Positions 28,018 to 38,244 of a DNA stretch of 64,000 nucleotides are shown here, one piece after another; the first letter of the stretch is position 1; every line of letters begins with the position of its first letter. Under the pieces are notes generated by a model that saw only the letters and a program-made list of their open reading frames with translations, was not told the origin of the DNA and ran no database searches. The translations under genes were made by a program, and so were the position numbers. Origin of the DNA: an uncultured Verrucomicrobiae bacterium (GTDB taxonomy: Bacteria; Verrucomicrobiota; Verrucomicrobiia; Chthoniobacterales; UBA10450); NCBI GenBank assembly GCA_963758535.1, contig CAVWVT010000015.1, positions 202,472-266,471 of the forward strand. Reading direction: 5' to 3'.

Positions 28018-29784
28018 TCACAGCACTTCGTCCCACTTCGATTTATCTTTGAGCAGGATTTCACGGAGCAACCGAATCTGCGGCATTCCGTGATCGAGAA
28101 TTTCGTCGTGGAATTTTTGCAGCGAAAACTTGTCGCCTTCCTGTGCCTTGTAATCCTCGCGCAGTTTAAGGATCTGCAATTTGCCTAACGTGTAATTCAG
28201 GTAACCCGGATCGAACGTTCCGCGCATCGCTTCCGAACGCGACGGCTTCGCCGCGTAATAGCAGTTGTCCTGGAAAAACTTCGTCGCTTCATCCACCGAC
28301 ATTTTCTGCGTGTGCAACTTGATCGAGACGCAAAGCCGGCAGAGTCGAAGCAATGCTTCGTCCGCTTGCGCCATGCGATATTTCGCCGCGGTCCTGGCCT
28401 CCTCGTCGGTCGGTGTCATCTTGTTACCGCCACCGTAGCCTTCATCGATCATCATTTTTTCGCAGTAATGCGCCCAGCCTTCGACGAAGGCGTAACTCCC
28501 GAAAATCTTCTCGACTCTGGTTGCGGAGGAAGCATTGAGATGAAGGAACTGCACGTAGTGCCCAGGATATGCCTCATGAATTGTCACCACGTCGGTCGTG
28601 TAACGATTGAATGAAGTCAGCCATTCATTCTTCTGCGCGTCCGTCCAGTCGCTCTCCACCGGCGTAACGTAATAATAAGCTTCCTTCGCTTTGTTCTCGA
28701 ACGGTCCGGGCGTGTCCATCGAAGCAAACGTCGTCGCGTGACGGTATGACGGCGTTTCTTTTACCTGCGCGCGGACATCGGATGGAATTTTGACGAGCTT
28801 ATGCTCGATCACATACTTCCGAATCTGCTCGAGATTTTTTGTGACGTCGGGAATCAAACTCGCCGCCGTGGGGTGCTCGTTTTGTATTTGCCTAAAAACT
28901 TCAATCGCCGGCTTGTTCGGATCGATCGCCTTGGCGGCTTTGGCGAAAATCTCCTGTTCCTCTTTCAGCTTTTGCAATCCGATCTCGAGAATTTTCTCTG
29001 GCGCAAGATCGACAAATTCGGTCTCCGCGAGCATGCGGTGATATTTTTCTTCGCCGAGCGCAAAGTCGGCCGTTGCCTTCGGCAATTTTTCCCGCTCCAG
29101 CCAGTTTGCGTAATCATTCAATGCCGCAATGGCTTTGCGATTCGAGCTGCCGAATGCGGCCATCACCTTCTCGTCCTTTAAATCTTTGACGGCTTCGAGC
29201 AGATCTTTCTGGAGAAAATGGGCCGCGCCGCGTGCGATTTGGATCGCGAGTTCGACGTATGGTTTCGGGAGGTTCTCCGCGAGATTGGTTTTGCCCGCGA
29301 TCATGATGTTAGGGATCTGCGCTTCGATGGCAACGATGCTGCGCACGCGATCGTCCAGGGGCGCAAACTTGCGCGAGATATAAATATTCAGGTCGACCGC
29401 GTTCGCGTAAGTCATCGGATTGCGCTCGAAGATGGCCATATCCTGAATCATAAACAGCTCTTTGCTGATAGCCGCCTGGAGGATGCGCAGATCGATGGAG
29501 TTGCGCGCGTTCAGTTTCGAAAGATCGAATTTCTTGAGGCGATCGTCGAAGCGTTTCAAGCGCGACACTTCCGCATCAATCGAAAGGCGCGTGTAGTCGT
29601 TGATCTTGCCATCGAATTCGTGGAAGCCGAGGGCGACCGCTTCGAGGGGACGAGCAGCGAGATATCCCCTGATGAATTCATCGGACACGCTCGCGAATTC
29701 GGCGTCGCTATCCTGCGCGTGGAGATTGGGGGCAAGAGAGAGCAGAAGCAGCGAAATGCACGCGAGCAATCGTGGTAATTTCAT
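28018..29784 (-). CDS. DUF885 family (putative metallopeptidase-like) secreted protein
   Basis: Signal peptide MKLPRLLACISLLLLSLAPNLHA. HEAYPGHYVQ motif. Intact. Confidence 0.85.
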   Translation of the reverse strand: MKLPRLLACISLLLLSLAPNLHAQDSDAEFASVSDEFIRGYLAARPLEAVALGFHEFDGKINDYTRLSIDAEVSRLKRFDDRLKKFDLSKLNARNSIDLRILQAAISKELFMIQDMAIFERNPMTYANAVDLNIYISRKFAPLDDRVRSIVAIEAQIPNIMIAGKTNLAENLPKPYVELAIQIARGAAHFLQKDLLEAVKDLKDEKVMAAFGSSNRKAIAALNDYANWLEREKLPKATADFALGEEKYHRMLAETEFVDLAPEKILEIGLQKLKEEQEIFAKAAKAIDPNKPAIEVFRQIQNEHPTAASLIPDVTKNLEQIRKYVIEHKLVKIPSDVRAQVKETPSYRHATTFASMDTPGPFENKAKEAYYYVTPVESDWTDAQKNEWLTSFNRYTTDVVTIHEAYPGHYVQFLHLNASSATRVEKIFGSYAFVEGWAHYCEKMMIDEGYGGGNKMTPTDEEARTAAKYRMAQADEALLRLCRLCVSIKLHTQKMSVDEATKFFQDNCYYAAKPSRSEAMRGTFDPGYLNYTLGKLQILKLREDYKAQEGDKFSLQKFHDEILDHGMPQIRLLREILLKDKSKWDEVL

Positions 29785-29877
29785 AAGGCGAAGTCTTGGC
29801 AGAAGCGACGGGACCTTAGCTGACGCTTTGTCCGTTGCCAAAAATTTCCGCATGCACGATCATCCTTACTCATCCCT

Positions 29878-31179
29878 ATGAAGAGGCGTTTAGTTCTGAG
29901 CGCAGTGGTCGGTGTAATCGCGGGCGCGGTTCTTTTCGGTGCGGTTTTCCATTCCGCACACGCAGCAGACGCTGATGACGACAGCGGCTACGCGCAGATT
30001 TCCATTTTCGCCAAAGCCATTCAGTTGATCCGGCAGGATTATGTCGACGGCAACAAAGTGAGTTACCACGACCTCATTTACGCGGCGATGAAAGGCATGC
30101 TCGCCTCGCTCGATCCGCATAGCGGATTCATGGATCCCGACGATTTCAAAGACATGCAGGAGGATACGCGCAGTCGTTTCAATGGTCTCGGTATCGAAGT
30201 GTCGGTGAAAAACGGATTGCTCACCGTCGTCTCGCCGATGGAAGGCACGCCCGCGGCCAAGGCCGGGATTATTTCCGGCGACGAGATTTTGAAGATCAAC
30301 GGCAGCTCGACCGAAAAGATGGAATTGCAGGATGCGGTCAATCTTCTGCGCGGACATCCCGGCCAGAAAGTCACGCTGACGGTTCTGCGGCCGGCGACGA
30401 AAGAGATTAAAGAATACGGGCTGGAGCGCACCGAAATAAAAATACAGAGCGTGAAGAGCGCGAAACTGATCGACCCCGAACTGACGGGAAATTTTAAGAT
30501 CGGTTACGTGCGGCTCGTGCAATTTAACGAGCCGACGGCGGATGAATTGGCGAAGGCGCTCGATCAATTGCAGAAGCAAGGGATGCAAGCGCTCGTGCTC
30601 GATTTGCGCAATAACCCGGGCGGCTTGCTCAACAGCGCCGTTGATGTTTGTGCGCAATTTTTGCCGCCGGGAACAAAAGTCGTTTCCACACAGGGCCGCA
30701 CATCTTCACAGCGACATGATTATTCGACGTCCGTGACCGCGAAGGAGCGGCCGCGTTTTCCGCTCGCCGTGCTCGTTAACGAAGGTAGCGCGAGCGGTTC
30801 GGAAATCGTTTCCGGCGCGCTTAAGGATTTGCGACGCGCAATCCTCGTCGGCGAGACCACGTTCGGAAAAGGATCGGTCCAGAACGTAATGCAGTTACCG
30901 GATGGATCGGCGCTTCGTTTTACGACCGCGAAATACTACACACCCGGCATGCAGGTGATTCAGGGAAATGGCGTCGTGCCAAATATTCGCGTGCCGATGA
31001 CGGCGGAGCAGGAGCGTGTGCTTTTCTCGATGCGCAGCGCGGAAAACGTGAAGCCCGAAGACGAGAAAAACATCACCAAGACGAGAGATCCGCAAATGAT
31101 GCGCGCAATCGACGCGCTTAAAGGCGTGATGATTTACGCGGAGCAAACATCGCCAAAAGCGGACGCGGCGAAGAAGTAA
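29878..31179 (+). CDS. ctpA: Carboxy-terminal processing protease (S41 family)
   Basis: PDZ domain plus LDLRNNPGGLL and GETTFGKGSVQ. 433 aa. Confidence 0.9.
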   Translation: MKRRLVLSAVVGVIAGAVLFGAVFHSAHAADADDDSGYAQISIFAKAIQLIRQDYVDGNKVSYHDLIYAAMKGMLASLDPHSGFMDPDDFKDMQEDTRSRFNGLGIEVSVKNGLLTVVSPMEGTPAAKAGIISGDEILKINGSSTEKMELQDAVNLLRGHPGQKVTLTVLRPATKEIKEYGLERTEIKIQSVKSAKLIDPELTGNFKIGYVRLVQFNEPTADELAKALDQLQKQGMQALVLDLRNNPGGLLNSAVDVCAQFLPPGTKVVSTQGRTSSQRHDYSTSVTAKERPRFPLAVLVNEGSASGSEIVSGALKDLRRAILVGETTFGKGSVQNVMQLPDGSALRFTTAKYYTPGMQVIQGNGVVPNIRVPMTAEQERVLFSMRSAENVKPEDEKNITKTRDPQMMRAIDALKGVMIYAEQTSPKADAAKK

Positions 31180-31251
31180 TGGACCGCGGAGAACGCCGAG
31201 TGGCGAGTCCCCAAAAATCTCTGGACACGCCGCGACGCTGCGTCCCTCGCA

Positions 31252-32244
31252 GTGAATTTCAGCACAATTCTGGCGATCGAGACGTCGTGTGACGAAACCG
31301 CCGTCGCCATCTTGCGCGACCGCGAATTGCTCGCGAGTGAAGTCGCATCGCAGGTCAAGGAGCATGAGCGCTATGGCGGCGTCGTGCCGGAAGTAGCGTC
31401 GCGAAATCACCTCGTCCATGCGCCGCGCCTGCTCGAGCATGCGCTGCGATCCAGCGACATTTCGCTCGATGAAGTCGATGCGTTTGCTGCGACTGCAGGT
31501 CCCGGGCTTGCCAGTTCTCTCATGATTGGTGCGTCAATTGCCAAAGGCCTCGCTCTCAGTCGAAGCAAACCTTATCTCGCGATTAATCATCTCGAAGGTC
31601 ACTTGCTCTCGCCGTTCTTCGGAAGCGACATTGAACCGAACGTGTCGCTTATCGTTAGCGGCGGCCACACACTTCTCGTCGAAGTGCGTGGCGTAAGTGA
31701 TTATCGCGTGCTTGGACGCACGGTCGATGACGCTGCTGGAGAAGCGTTCGACAAAGTGGCGAAACTGCTCGGACTCGGGTATCCGGGCGGACCTGAGGTT
31801 GAGCAACGTGCGCGTACCGGCGATGCGACGCGCTTCGATTTGCCGCGAAGCATGCTCGATTCGCGTGATCACAATTTCAGCTTCAGCGGATTGAAAACGG
31901 CCGTGCGCTACTTGTTGCCGAAACTAGAGGGCGATTACGTGGCTGACGTGTGTGCGTCTTTTCAACGCGCCGTCGTCGATGTGCTCGTTCAAAAGACATT
32001 GCGTGCAGCGCATGAAGTTGGCGCGAAAATTATCGCGCTCAGTGGCGGGGTCAGCTGCAATCGTGAATTGCGTGATCAAATGTGCATCGCGTGTGAAGGG
32101 GCGGGCATAAAGTTTGTCAGCGCGAAGCCGGAACTCTGCACGGATAACGCGGCCATGATTGCGTTTGTCGCGTTACTCCGATTGCCAAGCGGACTGGCAT
32201 CCTCGGTTACGGACGAAATCGATCCGAATCTCGTCCTCGCGTAA
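31252..32244 (+). CDS. tsaD: tRNA N6-adenosine threonylcarbamoyltransferase TsaD
   Basis: ILAIETSCDETAVAIL, INHLEGHL, LIVSGGHT, GEAFDKVAKLLGLGYPGGP. Confidence 0.92.
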   Translation: MNFSTILAIETSCDETAVAILRDRELLASEVASQVKEHERYGGVVPEVASRNHLVHAPRLLEHALRSSDISLDEVDAFAATAGPGLASSLMIGASIAKGLALSRSKPYLAINHLEGHLLSPFFGSDIEPNVSLIVSGGHTLLVEVRGVSDYRVLGRTVDDAAGEAFDKVAKLLGLGYPGGPEVEQRARTGDATRFDLPRSMLDSRDHNFSFSGLKTAVRYLLPKLEGDYVADVCASFQRAVVDVLVQKTLRAAHEVGAKIIALSGGVSCNRELRDQMCIACEGAGIKFVSAKPELCTDNAAMIAFVALLRLPSGLASSVTDEIDPNLVLA

Positions 32245-32255
32245 TTTCCTGATAT

Positions 32256-32382
32256 CTGGGGAGCGCAGGCTGCCAGCCTGCTCTTTTCGGCAGCTTGCCG
32301 AAAAGCGCCTGCACAATCGACTCGCAGAAGGTGTCGCCGGCAAGCTGCCGGCGACTGCAGGCTAGCAGCCTGCGCTCCCCAG
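32256..32382. repeat. REP/BIME-like palindromic element, family 1
   Basis: CTGGGGAGCGCAGGCTGCCAGCCTGC ... GCAGGCTAGCAGCCTGCGCTCCCCAG with internal hairpins CTTTTCGGCAgctTGCCGAAAAG and GTCGCCGGCAagcTGCCGGCGAC. Lies between convergent tsaD and ispA. Confidence 0.85.
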
Positions 32383-32389
32383 CAAGACG

Positions 32390-33272
32390 CTAATAATCGC
32401 GTTCGAGTAGATAGTTCGCGAGCGCGTGCAGCCGTGTCGCCTTTGCACCGAAGACATCGAGCGCGGAATGTGCCTTTCTCGTTAGGCGCTGCGCTTCCTT
32501 GCGCGATTTTTCCAAACCAATGACGGACGGATACGTTGCTTTATGCGCGGCGATATCTTTGCCTGCGCTCTTGCCAAGTTTTTCGCTCGTTTGTGTGACG
32601 TCGAGAATGTCATCGATCACCTGAAAGGCGAGCCCAAGTGCGCGACCGAATTGTGTTATGGCGCCGAGTTGTTTCTCGGTCGCGTTCGCGCTCATCGCGC
32701 CAAGACGAACTGAGGTCGTCAAAATCGCGGCGGTTTTGTTTTCGTGAATGTAGCGGAGTTGTGTGCGCGTAACCTTTTTGCCTTCAGCTTCCAGATCGGC
32801 TACCTGACCGGCGATCAGTTTTCGACTACTTGCTGCGTCGGAAAGTTCGCGCAGCATCGCGCGCAAATCATAACGACGCGTTTCCTGCGCTTGCGCGGCA
32901 ATCTCGAACGCAACCGTCAAAAGTGCGTCGCCTGCGAGCACCGCAATTCCGTCGCCGAAAACTTTGTGACACGTCGGTCGACCGCGCCGGAAATCGTCGT
33001 TGTCCATGCTGGGAAGATCATCGTGCACTAACGAATAGGTGTGAATGCACTCGAGCGCGCAGGCGAGGGGAAGAGCAGCTTTGGTTTTTCCGCCGCACGC
33101 TTCGTTCGCGGCCAGGCAGAGAATTGGTCGCAGCCGCTTTCCACCGGCAAACAAACTGTAGCGCATCGCCTTGTGAATGGTGGCGGGCGGGCACGTTTGC
33201 TTTCGGCAGGTAACGATCCAGCGCGCGATCAATTTCCTTTTGCCGGGACTTCAAATAGGGCGCGAGCTGCAT
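32390..33272 (-). pseudogene. ispA: Polyprenyl (farnesyl/geranylgeranyl) diphosphate synthase, one frame change near the 5' end (~33195)
   Basis: MQLAPYLKSRQKEIDRALDRYLP... joins ...IHKAMRYSLFAGGKRLRP. Asp-rich motifs LVHDDLPSMDNDDFRRG and QVIDDILD. Confidence 0.85.
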
Positions 33273-33334
33273 CGAGCGCGAATGTGAAAAGCTGTGGGCG
33301 GGACGCAATGAAAAAAGCGCGATAATCCTATTGT

Positions 33335-33362
33335 TTACATTGTTGTGTGTGTAACAATGTAA
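33335..33362. promoter_or_regulatory. Perfect 10-bp inverted repeat (putative operator) just upstream of the RHH gene
   Basis: TTACATTGTT-gtgtgtgt-AACAATGTAA, ending 3 nt before the ATG at 33365. Confidence 0.4.
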
Positions 33363-33364
33363 CT

Positions 33365-33640
33365 ATGAAACAAGCGAGAACCACCAAGACCGTCGAGCGG
33401 ATTCAAATTGGCGCACGCATGGAAAAAACATTGGTGAAGACGCTCAAAGCGCTGGCGGAATATCTCGATCTTTCTCTCGGCGATTTGCTCGAAGGCATAA
33501 CTTTGCACGCGCTCGAGGGGAAGCCCGCTTTCAGCGCGAAGACGCTCGGGCACGTAAAAAAATTAAAGAGCATTTACAACCTGAGCCTTACGGCACGTGA
33601 TAGTCACCGACTGGTGGAAACGGATCATGACGACAAATAA
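33365..33640 (+). CDS. Small ribbon-helix-helix-like DNA-binding protein (possible autoregulator/antitoxin-like)
   Basis: ERIQIGARMEKTLVKTLKALAEYLDLSLGDLLEGI fits a beta-strand plus two helices. Overlaps the next ORF by 14 nt. Confidence 0.5.
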   Translation: MKQARTTKTVERIQIGARMEKTLVKTLKALAEYLDLSLGDLLEGITLHALEGKPAFSAKTLGHVKKLKSIYNLSLTARDSHRLVETDHDDK

Positions 33641-34030
33641 TTCCTCGATCGCAAATGAGCTTTGCGATCTTGAAAACGGCCGACTCGATCCGAAACAATT
33701 TCCGCATCGCGAGCATGTGCGTCTCGGTTTCGAGATGCTGGGTCGGTATCCGTTTCCAGAAGCGCTGGCGCGTTTTCCAATGGACTGCGCCAGCTTGCGA
33801 TCAAGGGTGGGCGGCCCGAGGCGTATCATGAGACGATCACCGCGGCTTTTCTTGCGCTCATCGGAGAACGGCGCCTGAGCGGTGACTACGGAATTGGGAG
33901 GAGTTTGCCGCGCATAACCCGATCTATTCGACAAGAATTTGCTGCGTGAATGGTACGAGCCGGAGGTTCTCGCATTCGGCGGTGGCGCGCCGAACGTTTG
34001 TGCTTCCGAGAGTCGAGAGCTTGTTGCGCG
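33627..34030 (+). pseudogene. Hypothetical protein, several frame changes
   Basis: MTTNNSSIANELCDLENGRLDPKQFPHREHVRLGFEML... continues in other frames (...GGRPEAYHETITAAFLALIGERR..., WEEFAAHNPDLFDKNLLREWYEPEVLAS...). Confidence 0.35.
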
Positions 34031-34050
34031 TGAATGCAGAGAACTCGTGG

Positions 34051-34386
34051 ATGAATCCGAGCCGGGCGTTGGCGGCATACGCCGTCGTTTTTTCCCTGTT
34101 CATCATTTGGGCAAGCGTGCGCACGGCGATCAATCCCGGACCGCACGGATGTCGGCATTCGGTATCTGGCTGTGGTTGAGATCGCTGGCGCAATTTTGTT
34201 CGCTGGCGAAAAACCCGCTTTTTGGGTCTCGTTATTCTGCTCGCTGTTTTTGCGATCGCCGCAGTGATCGAACTGCACTTGCGTGAATGGCCGGTGCGGT
34301 TTGTGTTTTACGCTGCCTCTGCGCTCTTCGTGCATTACCTTTCTGGTTATTTTCGCGATCACGCCACCGAATTCAGGTCATCCTGA
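34051..34386 (+). pseudogene. Small membrane protein, several frame changes
   Basis: Hydrophobic pieces appear in three frames (MNPSRALAAYAVVFSLFIIWASV..., VEIAGAILFAGEKPAFWVSLF..., AIAAVIELHLREWPVRFVFYAASALFVHYL). Confidence 0.3.
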
Positions 34387-34455
34387 GCGAAAGCGAAGGA
34401 TCTCACAACGTTTGCGCCTGAGATTGCGGGATCCCTCGCTCACGCTCGGGATGAC
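34377..34455. repeat. Family-2 inverted-repeat element
   Basis: GTCATCCTGAGCGAAAGCGAAGGATCTC ... GGGATCCCTCGCTCACGCTCGGGATGAC. Confidence 0.8.
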
Positions 34456-34525
34456 AACACCCAGAGCCGACGCGCGATTTCTCCTAATAAATCGCGCGCT
34501 GGCGGGTCAAAGCTAGTGAGAAGCC

Positions 34526-35079
34526 ATGCGTGAACAGAACAGCGCGAACGGAGCCGCAGACATGCAAAGCTTCTCCGGCGTTTTGAAATGCCGCTTTTAC
34601 ATTATGCCACCCGCATTATCGGCGATCGCGACCGCGCGCGCGATGTCGTTCAGGAAACGTTCATCGAAATACCAGCGAGCGGCGTATCGCGAAAATCTGA
34701 TCAGAGCCGGCGAAATGGCTCTTCACTGTTTGCCGCAATCGTGCCCTCAACATTTGCCGCAAAGGAGAAGCGCATGACCTATCTCGATGAAGAATTCTCG
34801 AGAAGCGCGAGGAGCGAACAGCCGATGCCTACGAACGAATCGAGCAGGAGCGAGGCGCGTGGATTTTTGATGCGCATTGTCGCGACGCTTCCGCCGCGGC
34901 AACAGGAAGTGCTGCAATTGAAATTTCAAAACGATCTTAGCTATCAACAAATTGCCGAGATCACGAAAACCACGGCGAACAATGTTGGCGTTTGCATTCA
35001 CACCGCACTGAAAACGTTGCGGCAAAAATACTCAGCAGCGTCAAAAGACTTTTTGCCGTTCGAAACTACCACAACCTAA
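34526..35079 (+). pseudogene. ECF (sigma-24 family) RNA polymerase sigma factor, >=3 frame changes in the first half
   Basis: MPLLHYATRIIGDRDRARDVVQETFI / KYQRAAYRE / WLFTVCRNRALNICRK lie in three frames. The region-4 part is intact (LPPRQQEVLQLKFQNDLSYQQIAEITKTTANNVGVCIHTALKTLR). Confidence 0.8.
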
Positions 35080-35081
35080 CG

Positions 35082-35936
35082 ATGAAGATTGATGCGAAAC
35101 TCACCGCCTTTGCGCTCGATGAGTTGCAGGAGCCGGAAAGATCGACAGTCGCACGCGCAGTCGCGGCCTCGCCCGACGCACAACGTTATGTCGACGAAAC
35201 GCGCGAGCTGGCGCGCTCTTTGAAAAACGAATTTGCTGCCGAATTGGATCGGACAACGGGCGCACATTCGCCAAACCTTATCAGCATCCGAGACGATCCT
35301 TGGTTCTGGTCGATCGCGCGGCCATTAGCGATTGCGGCAGTCCTTGCGTTATGCGCCATCGTCGTCGCCGTCACGCTTGGAACGTATAGATCGCACCATC
35401 TTTCGATTGCGGCCCAGCGGGCCAAGCCCGTGTATGAGGTTGAAGCGGAAATGGGTGCAACGCCCGAAGCTTCGTCGGAAATTCTCAGCGCAGCGACCGT
35501 ACCTAACCCATTGCCGGTTCAGTCGCTCGCTCGGGTGAATCGCGTCGTCGTTGCTGAGCGTGCCAGCGAACCGAATGGCGAGATGCGCGTAGTTGAAGTT
35601 ATCGCGGATAGCTACCGACTTCACAGCCTGCGTGAGTCATTGCTGACGCCGGTTCTCTCGAGAAAGCCGCCGGCTGGTGTGATTGGTAGAAAATACGAGT
35701 TGCTGTTCCTTGATGAGGAAGGTCATGTCATAGCGAGCGCGAGTTTCTATCGTGCACCACGCGTCGGTTTTGTTTTGCAGCTGTCTCAACATGTACCGCA
35801 AAACGTCCCTCATAATTTGGGGATCCAAGTAACGAACGCATTGCCCGGGCGCTGGGATTCGCGCGTCGATTATTCGGCTTACGCTGTACTCTTTCCAAAC
35901 TGGCCGGACTCGATTGGTTATTCTCCCGGAGCGTAA
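35082..35936 (+). CDS. Putative anti-sigma factor (single TM)
   Basis: Starts 3 nt after the sigma stop. MKIDAKLTAFALDELQEPERSTVARAVA..., TM segment WSIARPLAIAAVLALCAIVVAVTL. Confidence 0.6.
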   Translation: MKIDAKLTAFALDELQEPERSTVARAVAASPDAQRYVDETRELARSLKNEFAAELDRTTGAHSPNLISIRDDPWFWSIARPLAIAAVLALCAIVVAVTLGTYRSHHLSIAAQRAKPVYEVEAEMGATPEASSEILSAATVPNPLPVQSLARVNRVVVAERASEPNGEMRVVEVIADSYRLHSLRESLLTPVLSRKPPAGVIGRKYELLFLDEEGHVIASASFYRAPRVGFVLQLSQHVPQNVPHNLGIQVTNALPGRWDSRVDYSAYAVLFPNWPDSIGYSPGA

Positions 35937-35957
35937 TCATGCGGATGAAAATGGTGG

Positions 35958-36921
35958 TTAGATATTTTCTGCCGCTTCAGGCGAGCCCGCCGGCTTCACG
36001 CGCATAGCCAGAAAAGCGCCGAATAGCAGAACCGCCGCGCTACAAAATTGAAGCATCGTCAGGCGTTCGCCAAAAATAAACGCAGAGAGAATGAGCGCGC
36101 CGATCGGACACAAGCAGTTGCAGCGTCTGCGAGAGGGCGACGCCGATTTCGCGAATAGCAATGTAATAGAGAACGTGCGCAATGCTGATGCAGAGAACCG
36201 CGGAAATGATCAGCACGATGTTAACGTGAAGTCCGACGTGCAACGGCGTGGCGATGTTCCCAAACAATAATGTGAGCGGCAGGAGCAGTCCTGAAGTTAA
36301 GAAACTGATGATGCCGAAACTGCGAACAGGACCGAGTTGCGCGGAGGGGCGTTTGACGAGCACTCCATAGAGCGCCCAGCAAAATGTCGCGGTGAAAGCA
36401 ACGCCCAAGCCGCGCAGCGGTACGCCGCCGGTTTCCCACCGGGCCTGGAACCAAAAAACGCCGACCGCGCCAAGCAGGCCGAGCAATGTCCCTACTTGAA
36501 ATTGCCACTGGCGAATGATCCAGCGTTCTTCGGGAAAAAATGCGAGCGCGAGAAGTGCGGTGATGATGACGGATGTGCGCGTAAAAATCGCATAGACGCC
36601 CGGCCCCATGTAAAAGAGGGCGATCACCTGTGTCACTTGATGAACGACATTTGGAAGGGTGGGCACCAGACACACGCCGATCAGACGGAGATTAATTTTA
36701 GGTCCGCGTGTTCTGAGACGTCCGATGACAAACGGCGCAACTGCAACGCATGCGACGCTGTAACGGAAGAAATTTTGCGCCCACGGATCGTAAAAGCGAT
36801 TGAGATAAAATTGAAAAAGCGAGGGCGTCGACCAGATGAAGATGGTGGCAAATACCGCGGCATATCCCGTCGAAAGCCTGGTTTGCGTGATCTTTCTTAT
36901 GCTTGCTCGATCTGGGACCAT
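35958..36921 (-). pseudogene. EamA/DMT family transporter, one frame change (~36110-36130)
   Basis: ORFs 36040..36921 and 35958..36182 join into a 10-TM EamA-like protein. Confidence 0.78.
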
Positions 36922-37003
36922 GATCCGGAGCTGATTGAGCAGTTAAATTTGCTCGCCTACAAGCGATTCATCGCTCAGAAACAAAGGGATCGAGGAAAAG
37001 ATT

Positions 37004-37930
37004 ATGAACCGAACAACGACAATCATTGCGATCGCGTCGATCCTGTTTGCCTTTGATGCTGCCAACGCAGCGCCGAAGAACGCCGACCCCGGAGGTCATC
37101 TTAAGAAGGCAGATGAGCTGGCGCACCAGGGTCAATTCGATGCGGCCATCGCGGAAATGAACAAGGCCATCGAGGCCAAAGGCAGCGCGACCAATTACAT
37201 CAGTCGGGGCAGCGTCTACCGAGCTGCGGAAAAACTCCCCGAAGCCATTGCAGATTACACAAAAGCCATCGAGCTCGATCCGAAAGATGCCGTGGCCTAT
37301 TTCGAACGCGGCCAGACGCTCGTGATGCAGAAGCAATACGATCCTGCTATCGCTGACCTTGATAAAGCGATCGAATTACGACCCAAAGAGGGAACGTTTT
37401 TCCGCAACCGCGGATTCGCCGATATCGGAAAGTTCGATTACGGCAGAGCGCTGGATGATTTTAGCAAAGCCATTGAGCTGGATCCCAAGGATGCCGTCAG
37501 CTACGAGCGTCGTGGTTTGGCGAACCGAAGTTTGAGGAATTATGATGCCGCGATCGCGGATTATTCGAAATCGCTCGAGCTCAATCCGAACGATGGCGAG
37601 ACGTGGGCGCGCCGTGGTTACACTTACACGTTTCTTGGGCAGTACGAGAAAGCGATCGCCGATTACGAGCAGGCGATGAAGGTGAATCCTAACGATACGG
37701 AGACACCGCAACGTTTGCTTTATGCGAAGTCGCAACTGGCCCAGAAGAACGCGCCGCCGCCCGCGCCGACCGTTGCCGCCACGCCGACGCCAACTCCGAA
37801 GAGCGCGATGACCCCGCTGACCATCGGCATCGGGATCGTGGTCGCTGTCGTTATCATTGTGGTCATCGTTATCATGGCAATGCGCCGTCGACCCCTGCCA
37901 GTGGACGAGAATTCAAAGCGAATTCGGTAG
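37004..37930 (+). CDS. Tetratricopeptide (TPR) repeat protein with signal peptide and C-terminal TM anchor
   Basis: Repeated AIADY.KAIELDPKDAV.Y..RG units. C-terminal LTIGIGIVVAVVIIVVIVIMAM. Confidence 0.85.
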   Translation: MNRTTTIIAIASILFAFDAANAAPKNADPGGHLKKADELAHQGQFDAAIAEMNKAIEAKGSATNYISRGSVYRAAEKLPEAIADYTKAIELDPKDAVAYFERGQTLVMQKQYDPAIADLDKAIELRPKEGTFFRNRGFADIGKFDYGRALDDFSKAIELDPKDAVSYERRGLANRSLRNYDAAIADYSKSLELNPNDGETWARRGYTYTFLGQYEKAIADYEQAMKVNPNDTETPQRLLYAKSQLAQKNAPPPAPTVAATPTPTPKSAMTPLTIGIGIVVAVVIIVVIVIMAMRRRPLPVDENSKRIR

Positions 37931-38118
37931 CCTTTAACGGCGTTGATTAGCTTTTGTAGCGGCGGTCCCGGGCCAAGAAATTTCTTTGACACCAGAGGGC
38001 GCGCTGGTAGCTTGCGCACTGCTTTTTGCGGGAACGAGATGGTCCCATGGTCGTTCAACTTGGAAGGTTTGACGGCTCTGGGATTTTTCCTTCTTTAGCG
38101 AGAAGCGAGACCGGTCGT

Positions 38119-38194
<76 letters not shown>

Positions 38195-38244
38195 GAGCGA
38201 GCGCGCGATCGGCCAGAGAGTAGATTAAGAAAGAAACCCAGTTT

